Shown in pieces: positions 37,294 through 47,515 of a stretch of 64,000 nt of DNA. Both the position numbers and the translations under genes were made by a program. Position 1 is the stretch's first letter, and every line of letters begins with the position of its first letter. The notes below the pieces were generated by a model. The model did no database searches. It was not told where the DNA came from and worked only from the letters and a program-made list of their open reading frames with translations. Origin of the DNA: Armatimonadetes bacterium UBA1398 (lineage in GTDB: Bacteria > Armatimonadota > Zipacnadia > UBA1398); NCBI GenBank assembly GCA_002305165.1, contig DBQI01000065.1:16794-80793 (forward strand). The letters are read 5' to 3'.

Positions 37294-38331
37294 GTGGCTG
37301 TCCTGCGACCCATCGAACTCGGCCTGACCATCGGGCGCCTGGAGCCCGGCCCTCGCGACGCGATCACCGATGTCCGGGGAGTCCGGGTCGGGCACTGCAC
37401 CCTGATCGACCCCGATCGGCGGCTCCGGACCGGCGTCACCATCATCCAACCATGCGATGACCCGTGGACCGAGCGGCCCATCGCGGCCTGCGACGTGCTC
37501 AACGGCTTCGGCAAGTCCGTCGGGTTGCCTCAGCTCGCGGAGCTCGGCGAGTTGGAGACGCCCATCGGTCTCACGAACACCCTCGCCGTCTGGACCGTGG
37601 CGCGACGGCTCGCGGAGCTCACGGCACGGAGGGATCCTCGGATCTGGTCCGTAAACCCCGTTGTTGGCGAGTGCAATGACGGGGCGCTGAGCGACATCGC
37701 CGCCTTCCCCATCACGGATAGCCACGTGGACGCGGCCTTGGATGCCGCCAGCGACGAGGTGGCGGAGGGCGACGTCGGCGCCGGCGCGGGAACCCGGGCG
37801 TGGGGCTACAAGGCGGGCATCGGAACTGCCTCGCGCGTGGCGGCCAGCGGAGCCGGCCGTTACGTGGTCGGGGTTCTGACGCTGCCGAACACGGGCCGCC
37901 GAGAGGACTTGCGGATCGGCGGCTTCCCCGTCGGAGCCCTGATGCTGGGCCCTCCGACTGCCCCCGAGGGGAAGTCCGGCTCCATCATGATGGTGCTCGC
38001 CACCGATGCGCCGGTGGATGCCCGTCAGCTCCGACGGCTCGCCAAGCGCTGCGCCCTCGGCCTGGCGCGGGTCGGCGGAACCGCGAGTCACGGGAGCGGC
38101 GACTTCACGATCACTTTCGCGCCTCGGCGGGAGGAGCGGCTGCGTGACGGCGAGCTGACGCCGTTGTTCGAGGCCGCCGTGGAGGCGACGGAGGCGGCGA
38201 TCATTCACGGCCTGTTCGCATCGAGGGACGCTGTAGACCGAGAGGGGGCGCCCGTGCCGGCGCTCCCCGCCAGGGAGGTTGTCGCACGGGTGCATGCGGC
38301 TCGCGCGGCGCTGATGGGAGATAGGATATGA
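37294..38331 (+). CDS. DmpA/S58-family aminopeptidase-like protein
   Basis: 345 aa; Gly-rich motifs (GYKAGIGTAS, GTASHGSGDF) resembling DmpA/OAT-type hydrolases; ATGA overlap with next gene. Confidence 0.55.
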   Translation: MAVLRPIELGLTIGRLEPGPRDAITDVRGVRVGHCTLIDPDRRLRTGVTIIQPCDDPWTERPIAACDVLNGFGKSVGLPQLAELGELETPIGLTNTLAVWTVARRLAELTARRDPRIWSVNPVVGECNDGALSDIAAFPITDSHVDAALDAASDEVAEGDVGAGAGTRAWGYKAGIGTASRVAASGAGRYVVGVLTLPNTGRREDLRIGGFPVGALMLGPPTAPEGKSGSIMMVLATDAPVDARQLRRLAKRCALGLARVGGTASHGSGDFTITFAPRREERLRDGELTPLFEAAVEATEAAIIHGLFASRDAVDREGAPVPALPAREVVARVHAARAALMGDRI

Positions 38332-39071
38332 GCCAGTCCGAGACATGGAAGACCGTGGGCATCCTGGGGGGCATGGGCGCCGAGGCGGGCGTCGAGCTCG
38401 CCCACCGGCTGATCACCCTCAGCGGCGCCCGCACGGACGCGGAGCAGATCCCGTGCCTGCTCTACACGAACCCGTGCATCCCCGACCGCACGGCGAACCT
38501 CCTCTATGGCGGGCCATCGCCGACCGAGGAACTCGTCCGCTCCCTCCAGGTGCTCATCGACTCGGGCGCGGAACTGCTCTGCATCCCGTGCAACACGGCC
38601 CACATCTGGCACGAGACCCTCAGTGAGCGGGTGGATGTGCCCATCGTGCACATGATCCGGACGATGGCCGCGAACCATGACCGCAGCCTCGGCGAACGCG
38701 TCGGCGTGCTCTGCACCACCGGCCTCGTCCGGTTCGGGCTCTACCAGTCGGCCTGCGCGGAGCACGGTCTCGAGGCGCTCATGCCCACGGAGGATGAACT
38801 GGAACAGTACGTCATGCGGGCCATCTACGGCAGCCTGGACGAGGGGCTCGTCGGCCTCAAGGGCAGCAACAAGGGTGAGACCATCGTGGGGCTGATGTGG
38901 GAGGCGGCCCAGCGGCTGATCGCCCGGGGGGCGAGCGCCCTGTGGCTCGCGTGCACGGAGATCAGCCTCATCAAGGAGGAGCTCACCGCCCTGAGCCCCG
39001 TGCCCGTTGTCGATGCCATGGACTCCCTGGCCGAGGAACTCGTGCGGCAGGCGCGAAGGGCACGTGCATAG
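38328..39071 (+). CDS. Asp/Glu/hydantoin racemase family protein
   Basis: Two racemase Cys motifs: LLCIPCNTAH and ALWLACTEIS. Confidence 0.65.
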   Translation: MSQSETWKTVGILGGMGAEAGVELAHRLITLSGARTDAEQIPCLLYTNPCIPDRTANLLYGGPSPTEELVRSLQVLIDSGAELLCIPCNTAHIWHETLSERVDVPIVHMIRTMAANHDRSLGERVGVLCTTGLVRFGLYQSACAEHGLEALMPTEDELEQYVMRAIYGSLDEGLVGLKGSNKGETIVGLMWEAAQRLIARGASALWLACTEISLIKEELTALSPVPVVDAMDSLAEELVRQARRARA

Positions 39072-39084
39072 ACGGGAGGCCGCC

Positions 39085-40011
39085 ATGATGACCACTGCTT
39101 TGGCGCTGTTGGCCGCCACACTCGCGGCGCAGCCGGACGAGGCTCCGACGATGGTGCGCACCGAGGACATCCACATGCGCGACCCCTGGATCATGCCTCA
39201 CGAGGATCGGTACGTGCTGATCGGCACGACGGGCGACGCGTGGGGAGTCGAGGGCGGTGGGTTCGCCGTCTTCACGTCGACGGACCTGCGCGAGTGGACG
39301 CCCCATGGTCAAGCGCTGGAGCTGGACGATCCGCCGACATGGGCGGCCTACCAGTTCTGGGCGCCGGAGATGGTGGAGCGAAACGGCCGCTTCTATCTCT
39401 TCTACTCCGGGAACTCGGACCACACCCGCCGCGGCACGGGCGTCGCCACGGCCGACGGCCCGCTCGGGCCCTTCCGCAACCTCTCGAACCGCCCCATCAC
39501 GCCTCTGGAGTGGGAGTGCCTCGATGGCCACCTCTTCCGGGACCTGGATGGCGCCGAGTACCTGATCTACGTCCACGAATGGGTGCAGTGCACCATCGGC
39601 GAGATGTGGATCCAGCCCATCGCGGAGGACTACACCGCCCTCGTAGGCGAGTCCACCCTGCTGTTCAAGGGAGGCGATGCCGCCTGGTCCAACGAGGTGA
39701 TCGACGGCCCCATGATGGTGGTGCGCGACGGGAGGTACCATCTCTTCTGGTCGAGCTTCAATCCGCACACCACGGAGGGCGGGGCCTATTGCGTGGGCGT
39801 CGCGACCTCGGACTCGCTCCTCGGACCGTACGTGCAGTCCGAAACGCCCCTCGTCGTGGGCGACGGCGGCCACAACTGCGTCTTCGAGGGGCCAGAGGGC
39901 AGGCTGTACACGTGTTTCCATGCGCCGAACCGCTCGCCCGATGAGCGCGTCCGCATCCACGAACTGCTATACGAGCATGGCGCGTGGCGCCTGGGACCCG
40001 CGGTCGAGTAG
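39085..40011 (+). CDS. glycoside hydrolase family 43 protein, secreted
   Basis: Start at ATG 39085 (GGGAGG RBS) inside track ORF 39007..40011; signal peptide MMTTALALLAATLAAQ; GH43-like blocks DPWIMPHEDRYVLIGT, FWAPEMVERNGRFYLFYS. Confidence 0.7.
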   Translation: MMTTALALLAATLAAQPDEAPTMVRTEDIHMRDPWIMPHEDRYVLIGTTGDAWGVEGGGFAVFTSTDLREWTPHGQALELDDPPTWAAYQFWAPEMVERNGRFYLFYSGNSDHTRRGTGVATADGPLGPFRNLSNRPITPLEWECLDGHLFRDLDGAEYLIYVHEWVQCTIGEMWIQPIAEDYTALVGESTLLFKGGDAAWSNEVIDGPMMVVRDGRYHLFWSSFNPHTTEGGAYCVGVATSDSLLGPYVQSETPLVVGDGGHNCVFEGPEGRLYTCFHAPNRSPDERVRIHELLYEHGAWRLGPAVE

Positions 40012-40031
40012 GGCCCCAGGGCCGAGACGCG

Positions 40032-41606
<1,575 letters not shown>

Positions 41607-41721
41607 GCGCAACCCTCCAAATCCGATCGTCGATCGCTCTTACGTCCTAAAACGCAGTACCTATAAGAACGCAATCTGGACCTCAGCGCAAGTCCCTGCC
41701 GGCATCCTGTGCGCCCCCAAG

Positions 41722-41737
41722 GCGCTATGCTACAATC
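41722..41737 (+). promoter_or_regulatory. 16-nt motif GCTATGCTACAATCGC containing an extended -10-like TGcTACAAT
   Basis: AT-rich element in GC-rich intergenic DNA, 18 nt upstream of the first ATG of the MFS gene; near-identical copy at 53784..53799. Confidence 0.3.
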
Positions 41738-41754
41738 GCCCGACGCCCGATCTC

Positions 41755-43050
41755 ATGGGGGAGCGAAGCGCTGTGCCAACCGAGCCAGGTATGCCGGAAC
41801 CGCACCCACGGCGCGTGCATAGCGCGCGCCGGACGCGCCGCAACTTCCCCCTTATGTTTATCGATGCCCTGGGCTGGCCCCTCGGGTGGACGTTCATGTC
41901 ACCTGAGACGATACTCCCTGCCTTCGTCCTCCGCCTGACCGACTCGCCGATGGCCGTCTCCATGATACGCGTTGTCTACGCCGTCGGCATGTGGTTGCCG
42001 ATTCTCTACGCGCCGAACCTGATCCGGCGGGTGAAATGGCGTGGCAAGTATGTCGCCATCGTGGGGATGGTCGAGCGGGCGCCCATGCTGGTCATCGGCC
42101 TCACCGCGCCGCTTCTGGCCGCTTCGAACCCGTCGGCAATGCTCGTGGTCTTCTTCGCATGCTGGCTGGTGCGGTCCGTATCGGAGGGGTTGAACCTCTC
42201 CGCTTACGCATCCCTCCTGGATGAGAGCATCCCGGAGACCTACCGCGGCCGGCTCTGGGGCGTCTCCACAGGCATCAGCGCCGTTCTGGCGTTGCCCATC
42301 GGCTTCTGGACGGCGCACTACCTGGCGACGCGCGGCTTCCCCCAGGGCTACGCGGACCTGTTCATCATCGGCTTCGTCATCCTGGCCGTGACCATCATCC
42401 CGCTCTGGTGGGTGCGCGAGGTTCGCGGAGGGAGACATGTGCCGGACGGCGGACGGGTGGGACTCGGCTCTCTGCGCCTGCTCCGGACTGATGAGACCTT
42501 CCGGCGCTTCACCGCTATGTCCCTCGCCATCGCCTTCATCGACATGGCGGTGCCCTTCTACGCCGTCCACGCCCTCCGGACGTTCTCCCTGCCCGAATCC
42601 AGCATGGGACTGCTCGCGGGAGCGCAGGCGGCCGCCGCCTCGGTCGGATCCATCGCCCTCGGCATCGTCAGCGACCGGATCGGCTTCCGTGGGCCTCTGC
42701 GTGGGGCGCTCATCCTGGGGTTCATGGCTCCCCTGGCCGCCTTCCTTGCCCCCGCGCCCTGGGCCATGTACCCGACCTTCGCCCTCCTCGGAGCGGCGCT
42801 GACAACCATCGTGATGTGCCGCTACAACATGCTGCTGGAGATCTGTCCCCGCGGCCGAGTGCCCGAGTATTCCGGAGTCTTCTACACCGTTCTGCAGCCC
42901 GCGTTCGCCCTGGCGCCCTTTTTGGGTAGTCTGGTCGCGCAGTACGTGGGTCTGAGGGCCGTGTTCATCCCCTCCATGGCCGCGGCCCTCGTGGCCCTTG
43001 CCCTACTCCGCCATGTGCCCGAGCCTCGGAGGACAGCGCCGGCGCCCTGA
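41755..43050 (+). CDS. MFS-type transporter
   Basis: About 12 hydrophobic helices; start uncertain (ATG 41755, GTG 41773 with GGGGGAG upstream, or ATG 41791); track start 41563 rejected because it would overlap the divergent pckA start. Confidence 0.65.
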   Translation: MGERSAVPTEPGMPEPHPRRVHSARRTRRNFPLMFIDALGWPLGWTFMSPETILPAFVLRLTDSPMAVSMIRVVYAVGMWLPILYAPNLIRRVKWRGKYVAIVGMVERAPMLVIGLTAPLLAASNPSAMLVVFFACWLVRSVSEGLNLSAYASLLDESIPETYRGRLWGVSTGISAVLALPIGFWTAHYLATRGFPQGYADLFIIGFVILAVTIIPLWWVREVRGGRHVPDGGRVGLGSLRLLRTDETFRRFTAMSLAIAFIDMAVPFYAVHALRTFSLPESSMGLLAGAQAAAASVGSIALGIVSDRIGFRGPLRGALILGFMAPLAAFLAPAPWAMYPTFALLGAALTTIVMCRYNMLLEICPRGRVPEYSGVFYTVLQPAFALAPFLGSLVAQYVGLRAVFIPSMAAALVALALLRHVPEPRRTAPAP

Positions 43051-43078
43051 GGGCGACGAGAGGATCAAGGAGCGCAAC

Positions 43079-43879
43079 ATGCCCAAGTACGACGTTCTCG
43101 CCATAGACATCGACGGCACCCTGCTCAACACGAACCACGAGATCCCGCCGGCTCATCTCGAGGCCGTCCGCGAGGCAGACGCCGCAGGGGTGCGCATCGT
43201 CCTCGCCTCGGGACGCATGCTACCCTCGGTGACCGTTGTCGGGGAGCAGATGGGGATCCGGCCCGGGCCCTGCGTGGGCTACAACGGGGGCCGGGTCTGC
43301 TCCGCTGAGACGGGGGAGGTCCTGTTCCACGAGCCCGTCCCCGCCGACCTGGCCCAGGAGCTGGTGCGTCGCTTCACCGATCTGGGGATGCACATCAACT
43401 ACTACCTCGATGATGTGCTCTACGTGGATCACATCGAGCAGTGGGGCAATCTCTACTCATACCGGACCGGCTCGCAGCAGGTGCCCGTTGGGCCGCTCCG
43501 GCAGTTCGACGGGCGAACGCCCACCAAGATCCTCATCATCGACGACCCCGAGCGCATCAAGGGGATCTGCCCCGAGTTCCAGAGGGAGTTCGGGGATCGG
43601 CTCTATGTCACCATCACCACGCCCGAGTACCTCGAGTTCATGAACAAGGCCGTGGATAAGGCCACGGGCGTGGCGGAGGCGGTGGCCTCGCTAGGAGTGC
43701 CTCGGGAGTGGACCGCCGCCGTGGGCGACGCCCTGAACGACCAGCCCATGATCGAATGGGCGGGCCTGGGCTGCGCCATGGGCAACGCCGACCCGCCCGT
43801 GCTCGCCGCCGCCGACGTCGTCGCCCCCAGCAACGACGAGGACGGCCTCGCGTGGTTCATCAGGGAGTATGTGCTATAG
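43079..43879 (+). CDS. Cof-type HAD-IIB family hydrolase (sugar phosphatase-like)
   Basis: Start at ATG 43079 (AAGGAG 7 nt upstream); HAD motif I LAIDIDGTLL and motif IV AVGDALND. Confidence 0.75.
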   Translation: MPKYDVLAIDIDGTLLNTNHEIPPAHLEAVREADAAGVRIVLASGRMLPSVTVVGEQMGIRPGPCVGYNGGRVCSAETGEVLFHEPVPADLAQELVRRFTDLGMHINYYLDDVLYVDHIEQWGNLYSYRTGSQQVPVGPLRQFDGRTPTKILIIDDPERIKGICPEFQREFGDRLYVTITTPEYLEFMNKAVDKATGVAEAVASLGVPREWTAAVGDALNDQPMIEWAGLGCAMGNADPPVLAAADVVAPSNDEDGLAWFIREYVL

Positions 43880-43912
43880 GGTTGCCCCTTGGAACCCCAT
43901 ATGCGCCTCGCG

Positions 43913-46900
43913 TCAGTGCTCCACCGCGGGCCAGTAGCGCGCCTCGTCGAAGTGCGGGCTCTTCCCCTCGGTGTGGCAGGTGAGGCATGTCTCCACCGTG
44001 AGCGGTTCGAGGATCTCGTGCCCCGTCTCCGTGGGCGGCCCGACCCGGTGGCAGGCGACACAGGTCACGTCCGGCAGCCGAGCCGCCTCGGGAACCAGGG
44101 GCGCAGCGGAGTGGCAGCTCCAGCAGTCGGGGTCGAACTCGCGGTCGAGGTCTCGCAGGGTCTGGGCCGCCCGGGCATGGGAAGTCGCCTGCCACTGTTC
44201 GAGCTGCTCGGCATGGCATGCCCCGCAGGTCTCTGGCTGGGCGGACTCGTCCGTCGCGGCCGCGAGGATGAGGTCTCGCTGCCCGGCTTGAACTCGCTCC
44301 TGGTACTCGGCGATGAGGCCGGCAACCTCGGGGCTATCGAGGATCTGCTCGTCCATGGGGATGAGATGGGGCTCGGCCGCGATGGGTCGCCCCTCGCCAT
44401 CGAGCCGCAGGGTGATCCGCCCCACCCACTCGCCGTTACGCCCCGGGGCCACGATGTGGGTGTCCCCCACCCTGTCAGGCACCTGTAGCGACATCCCCTC
44501 ATGGCCGCACACGATCACATCGATGCCCGGCACATCCTCCGCGAGGCGTCGCGCGTCCTCCAGCATCCCGTGGAAGAGCACCACGATGACCGAAGCCGAT
44601 GGCTTCAGGGACGCGATCTCTCGGCGGGCCGCCTCGGTGGCATCGGTGATCTCGGCCCCCTTAGGCGCCGCCGTATCCCCGAAGGCGAAGACGCGGGGCG
44701 ACGTAACGGCGACGACACCGACGCGAACGCCGCGCCGCTCAATGAGCTTCGAGCGCGGCTCAGCGGAGCCCACGGCCACGTTGGCGGCCACATAGGGCAA
44801 AGGCGAGCCCTGGATCAAGGCCGCTAGCACGTCGACGCTGTAGGTGAAATCCTGGTCGCCGATGGCGATCGCGTCATACTCCATCGCCGCGTAAGCCCTC
44901 TGCAGGTACTCGAACTTGGTCCACTCAGGAGTCTCGGAGAACACGTCGCCGCTATCCACAAGGATGGAGGCGGGATACATGTCGCGCAGCTCGGCGAGGG
45001 CGCCCGCTTGCCGGCTCAACCCACCGTAAGGGTTGCCTGGGCAGCGGCAGGCCTCGAGCTGGCCGTTCGTGCTGCCGGTATAGAGGATCGTCAGCGAGGT
45101 GGGGGCCAAGCCGATGCGGTCGGCGACGGCGAGGGCCGCCTCCTGGCCGGCGATATCCGCGACTTCCCGGTTCTCGTAGAGGAGCAGACACTCGCCGTAC
45201 ACCCCAAGCTCAGCCTGAACCTGGGCGTCGGCGTAGAGGGCGTCCATCAGCGCCCTATCGCTCGTGGCCCTCTCGCGGATCTCATCGGGCTCCAGGCCCG
45301 CGCGGCGGAGGGGCACATCCCAGTAGCTGCTGTTCGCAGCCTCGATGCGGCTCCTGAGGTAGGTCGCCATGGCCTGACGGTGATCGCGCCAGATCACGGC
45401 TTGGCGGGCCGCCTCCTCAATCTCGGCAACCCCGCCCTGGGCCGCCAGGTTCCCCTCGGCCGTGATCGCCAGGGCCGGGTGAAGCTCCAGGGAGTAAGCG
45501 GCCCCCCCACCCGCGCGCTCGAGCAGCTCGAGCACCGTCGCGACCGACTCCTGAGCGGCTGCGTCGGAGCAGCGGTAGTAGATGTCCAGGCGGTCGGGTT
45601 GCCGCTCGCGACCGACCATGAGGCCGGACACGGTGTTCTCGGGCCGGACCATGTAGTGGGTCCCGGTCTTCACGAGGCCACTGACGATCTGGTCCAGGTT
45701 GGGTCTCTGCTCGAGCTGCTCCGCAGGCAGGAAGAAGGCCGGCAGCCACTGGACGCCGCCCAGCTCGGCGAGGGCCTGGCCCTCCTCGCTCGCATACGTG
45801 ACCTCCCGCGGCTGGAGGCCGGGGAGCAGGCCTCCAAGGTCGCTGACCAAGGCGCGGTGGCTGGTGAGCGAGGCGTCCTCGGAGCCCACGACGATCAGCT
45901 CCAGCGGCGTCGGGTCGGTGAACTCGCAGCGCGCGTCACCCGTGCCGGCGTCGCGGCAGTAGCCGAGCTGCCCTGGCCGGCGGCAGTCGCTGTGGGAGGC
46001 GCACTCGGGCACCCCCGCGCAGGCCTCGCCGCGGAGGGCCTCGGGTAGGGTCCAACAGAGCGTTCGCAGGAGCGCGGGAGTTGCGTTGGCGCTCTCGTAC
46101 TCGACGTTGTTGAGGTAGAGGGTCGGCGTTCCGGGGATCATGAACCGCCGCGCGCGATCCGCATGGGCCAGGAGCATGGTGGCCACCTCGTCGGAGCCCG
46201 CGAGTTCCATGACCGCTCCGGGATCGAGCCCCTGGGCCTGCAGCACGGTGTCCGCCTCGACGGACGGCTGGAGGGCACGGAGGGAGGCGTAGCGCGCGAC
46301 AGCATCCCGGCCGTAGAGGACCTGAATGGCGAGTTCGCGCCTCGCCTCGACGATCGCCGGGGGACCGAAGGTGGAGTAGAATTGACCCGCTTCGGCGTCG
46401 AAGTGAACCACATGCCAGCGCCGGAGCTCCACGCGCCCCTCGCCGAAGAGCCGCAGCGCCTCGCGCAGTTGGGGCTCCATCTCGACGCAGTAGCCGCAGC
46501 CCCACGCCGTGTAGTAGTCGAGCACGAGGCGCGGCGCGTCGATGGTGTCCTTGCGCTGCAGCCACTCCTCGACCCGCTGGGCCTGAGCGGGGTCATCGGG
46601 CACGCTCGGGTCGAGGGGAATCTCGCGGAGGCGGTACTCGGCCATCGCTCTGCCGTCGACCTTCAGATCGAGCTGCGATAGCGCTCGCGCCTCGAGGTTG
46701 AACTCCCCGATGAGAGCGTCGCCCACCCTATCGATCAGTCCCCCTGGGCGGCGGTAGTGAGCGTTGATGAAGATGTCCACGCCCGGCACGGACTCTGCGA
46801 GGAGTCGGGTCCGGTCACTGCCCAGATGGGAGAGCACGACGACGAGGTCGACCTGGTCTCTCATCTCCTGCACAACCCGTGACACGCCCTCTATCGGGTC

Positions 46901-47482
46901 ACCCACCTGGGCCCACAGGCCCTGGCGCGGATCGCCGAGGGCGTAGAGGTCCTGGGGCGTGGCCGCAGTGACGCCGATGCTGACGCCACCGACCTCGGTG
47001 ATGAGGTACCGCTCCACCCCGGAGGCGGCCGCCGGTTCCTCTCCCATGTTGGCGGAAAGGAAGGGCGCAGCGCCGATCTCAGCGGCCCGGCGCAGGAACT
47101 CGGGCCCCCACTGAAGCTCCTCATCGCCCACGGCGTAGGCTGCGTACCCCATGTCGGCGCAGGCCGCCAGATGGACCTCGGTCCGCTCTCGGTCGACGAC
47201 GGGCCCCTCCGTGTACTCGTCGTAGGCGGTTCCGCCGAACTGGCCTCCCGCGTCCAACACGAGGGTGGGAGTGAACCCGTCGCGCCTCACCCGGTCCAGC
47301 GCATGCGCGCGGCGGGCGATGCCTCCGTCCTTGCTCACCACACACTCGCACGGCGTGACCAGGGAGTGCGTCTCGCCCGTGTACACGATGGTGATGTCCT
47401 TGACCTCAGCAGTGGAGCGCACCGAGAGGGTTAGCAGGAGCAAGCAGAGCGCAGGTGGCAGCGCCGCGCGGGTACGACTCAT
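43913..47482 (-). CDS. secreted multidomain redox protein: two metallophosphatase-like domains, DsbA-like thioredoxin domain (CGYC), Cys-rich segment, C-terminal tetrahaem c-type cytochrome domain
   Basis: 1189 aa; signal peptide; calcineurin-like blocks (ITIVYTGETH...DVDLVVVLSHLG...VDIFINAH and LTILYTGSTNG...VIVVLFHG...IDVIVCGHEG); thioredoxin CxxC plus GTPTLYLNN; four CxxCH (CGACH, CWSCH, CVACH, CLTCH). Confidence 0.6.
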   Translation of the reverse strand: MSRTRAALPPALCLLLLTLSVRSTAEVKDITIVYTGETHSLVTPCECVVSKDGGIARRAHALDRVRRDGFTPTLVLDAGGQFGGTAYDEYTEGPVVDRERTEVHLAACADMGYAAYAVGDEELQWGPEFLRRAAEIGAAPFLSANMGEEPAAASGVERYLITEVGGVSIGVTAATPQDLYALGDPRQGLWAQVGDPIEGVSRVVQEMRDQVDLVVVLSHLGSDRTRLLAESVPGVDIFINAHYRRPGGLIDRVGDALIGEFNLEARALSQLDLKVDGRAMAEYRLREIPLDPSVPDDPAQAQRVEEWLQRKDTIDAPRLVLDYYTAWGCGYCVEMEPQLREALRLFGEGRVELRRWHVVHFDAEAGQFYSTFGPPAIVEARRELAIQVLYGRDAVARYASLRALQPSVEADTVLQAQGLDPGAVMELAGSDEVATMLLAHADRARRFMIPGTPTLYLNNVEYESANATPALLRTLCWTLPEALRGEACAGVPECASHSDCRRPGQLGYCRDAGTGDARCEFTDPTPLELIVVGSEDASLTSHRALVSDLGGLLPGLQPREVTYASEEGQALAELGGVQWLPAFFLPAEQLEQRPNLDQIVSGLVKTGTHYMVRPENTVSGLMVGRERQPDRLDIYYRCSDAAAQESVATVLELLERAGGGAAYSLELHPALAITAEGNLAAQGGVAEIEEAARQAVIWRDHRQAMATYLRSRIEAANSSYWDVPLRRAGLEPDEIRERATSDRALMDALYADAQVQAELGVYGECLLLYENREVADIAGQEAALAVADRIGLAPTSLTILYTGSTNGQLEACRCPGNPYGGLSRQAGALAELRDMYPASILVDSGDVFSETPEWTKFEYLQRAYAAMEYDAIAIGDQDFTYSVDVLAALIQGSPLPYVAANVAVGSAEPRSKLIERRGVRVGVVAVTSPRVFAFGDTAAPKGAEITDATEAARREIASLKPSASVIVVLFHGMLEDARRLAEDVPGIDVIVCGHEGMSLQVPDRVGDTHIVAPGRNGEWVGRITLRLDGEGRPIAAEPHLIPMDEQILDSPEVAGLIAEYQERVQAGQRDLILAAATDESAQPETCGACHAEQLEQWQATSHARAAQTLRDLDREFDPDCWSCHSAAPLVPEAARLPDVTCVACHRVGPPTETGHEILEPLTVETCLTCHTEGKSPHFDEARYWPAVEH

Positions 47483-47515
47483 GCGGGTGGTCCTTTGGCC
47501 CCGACGGCGTCGGGT

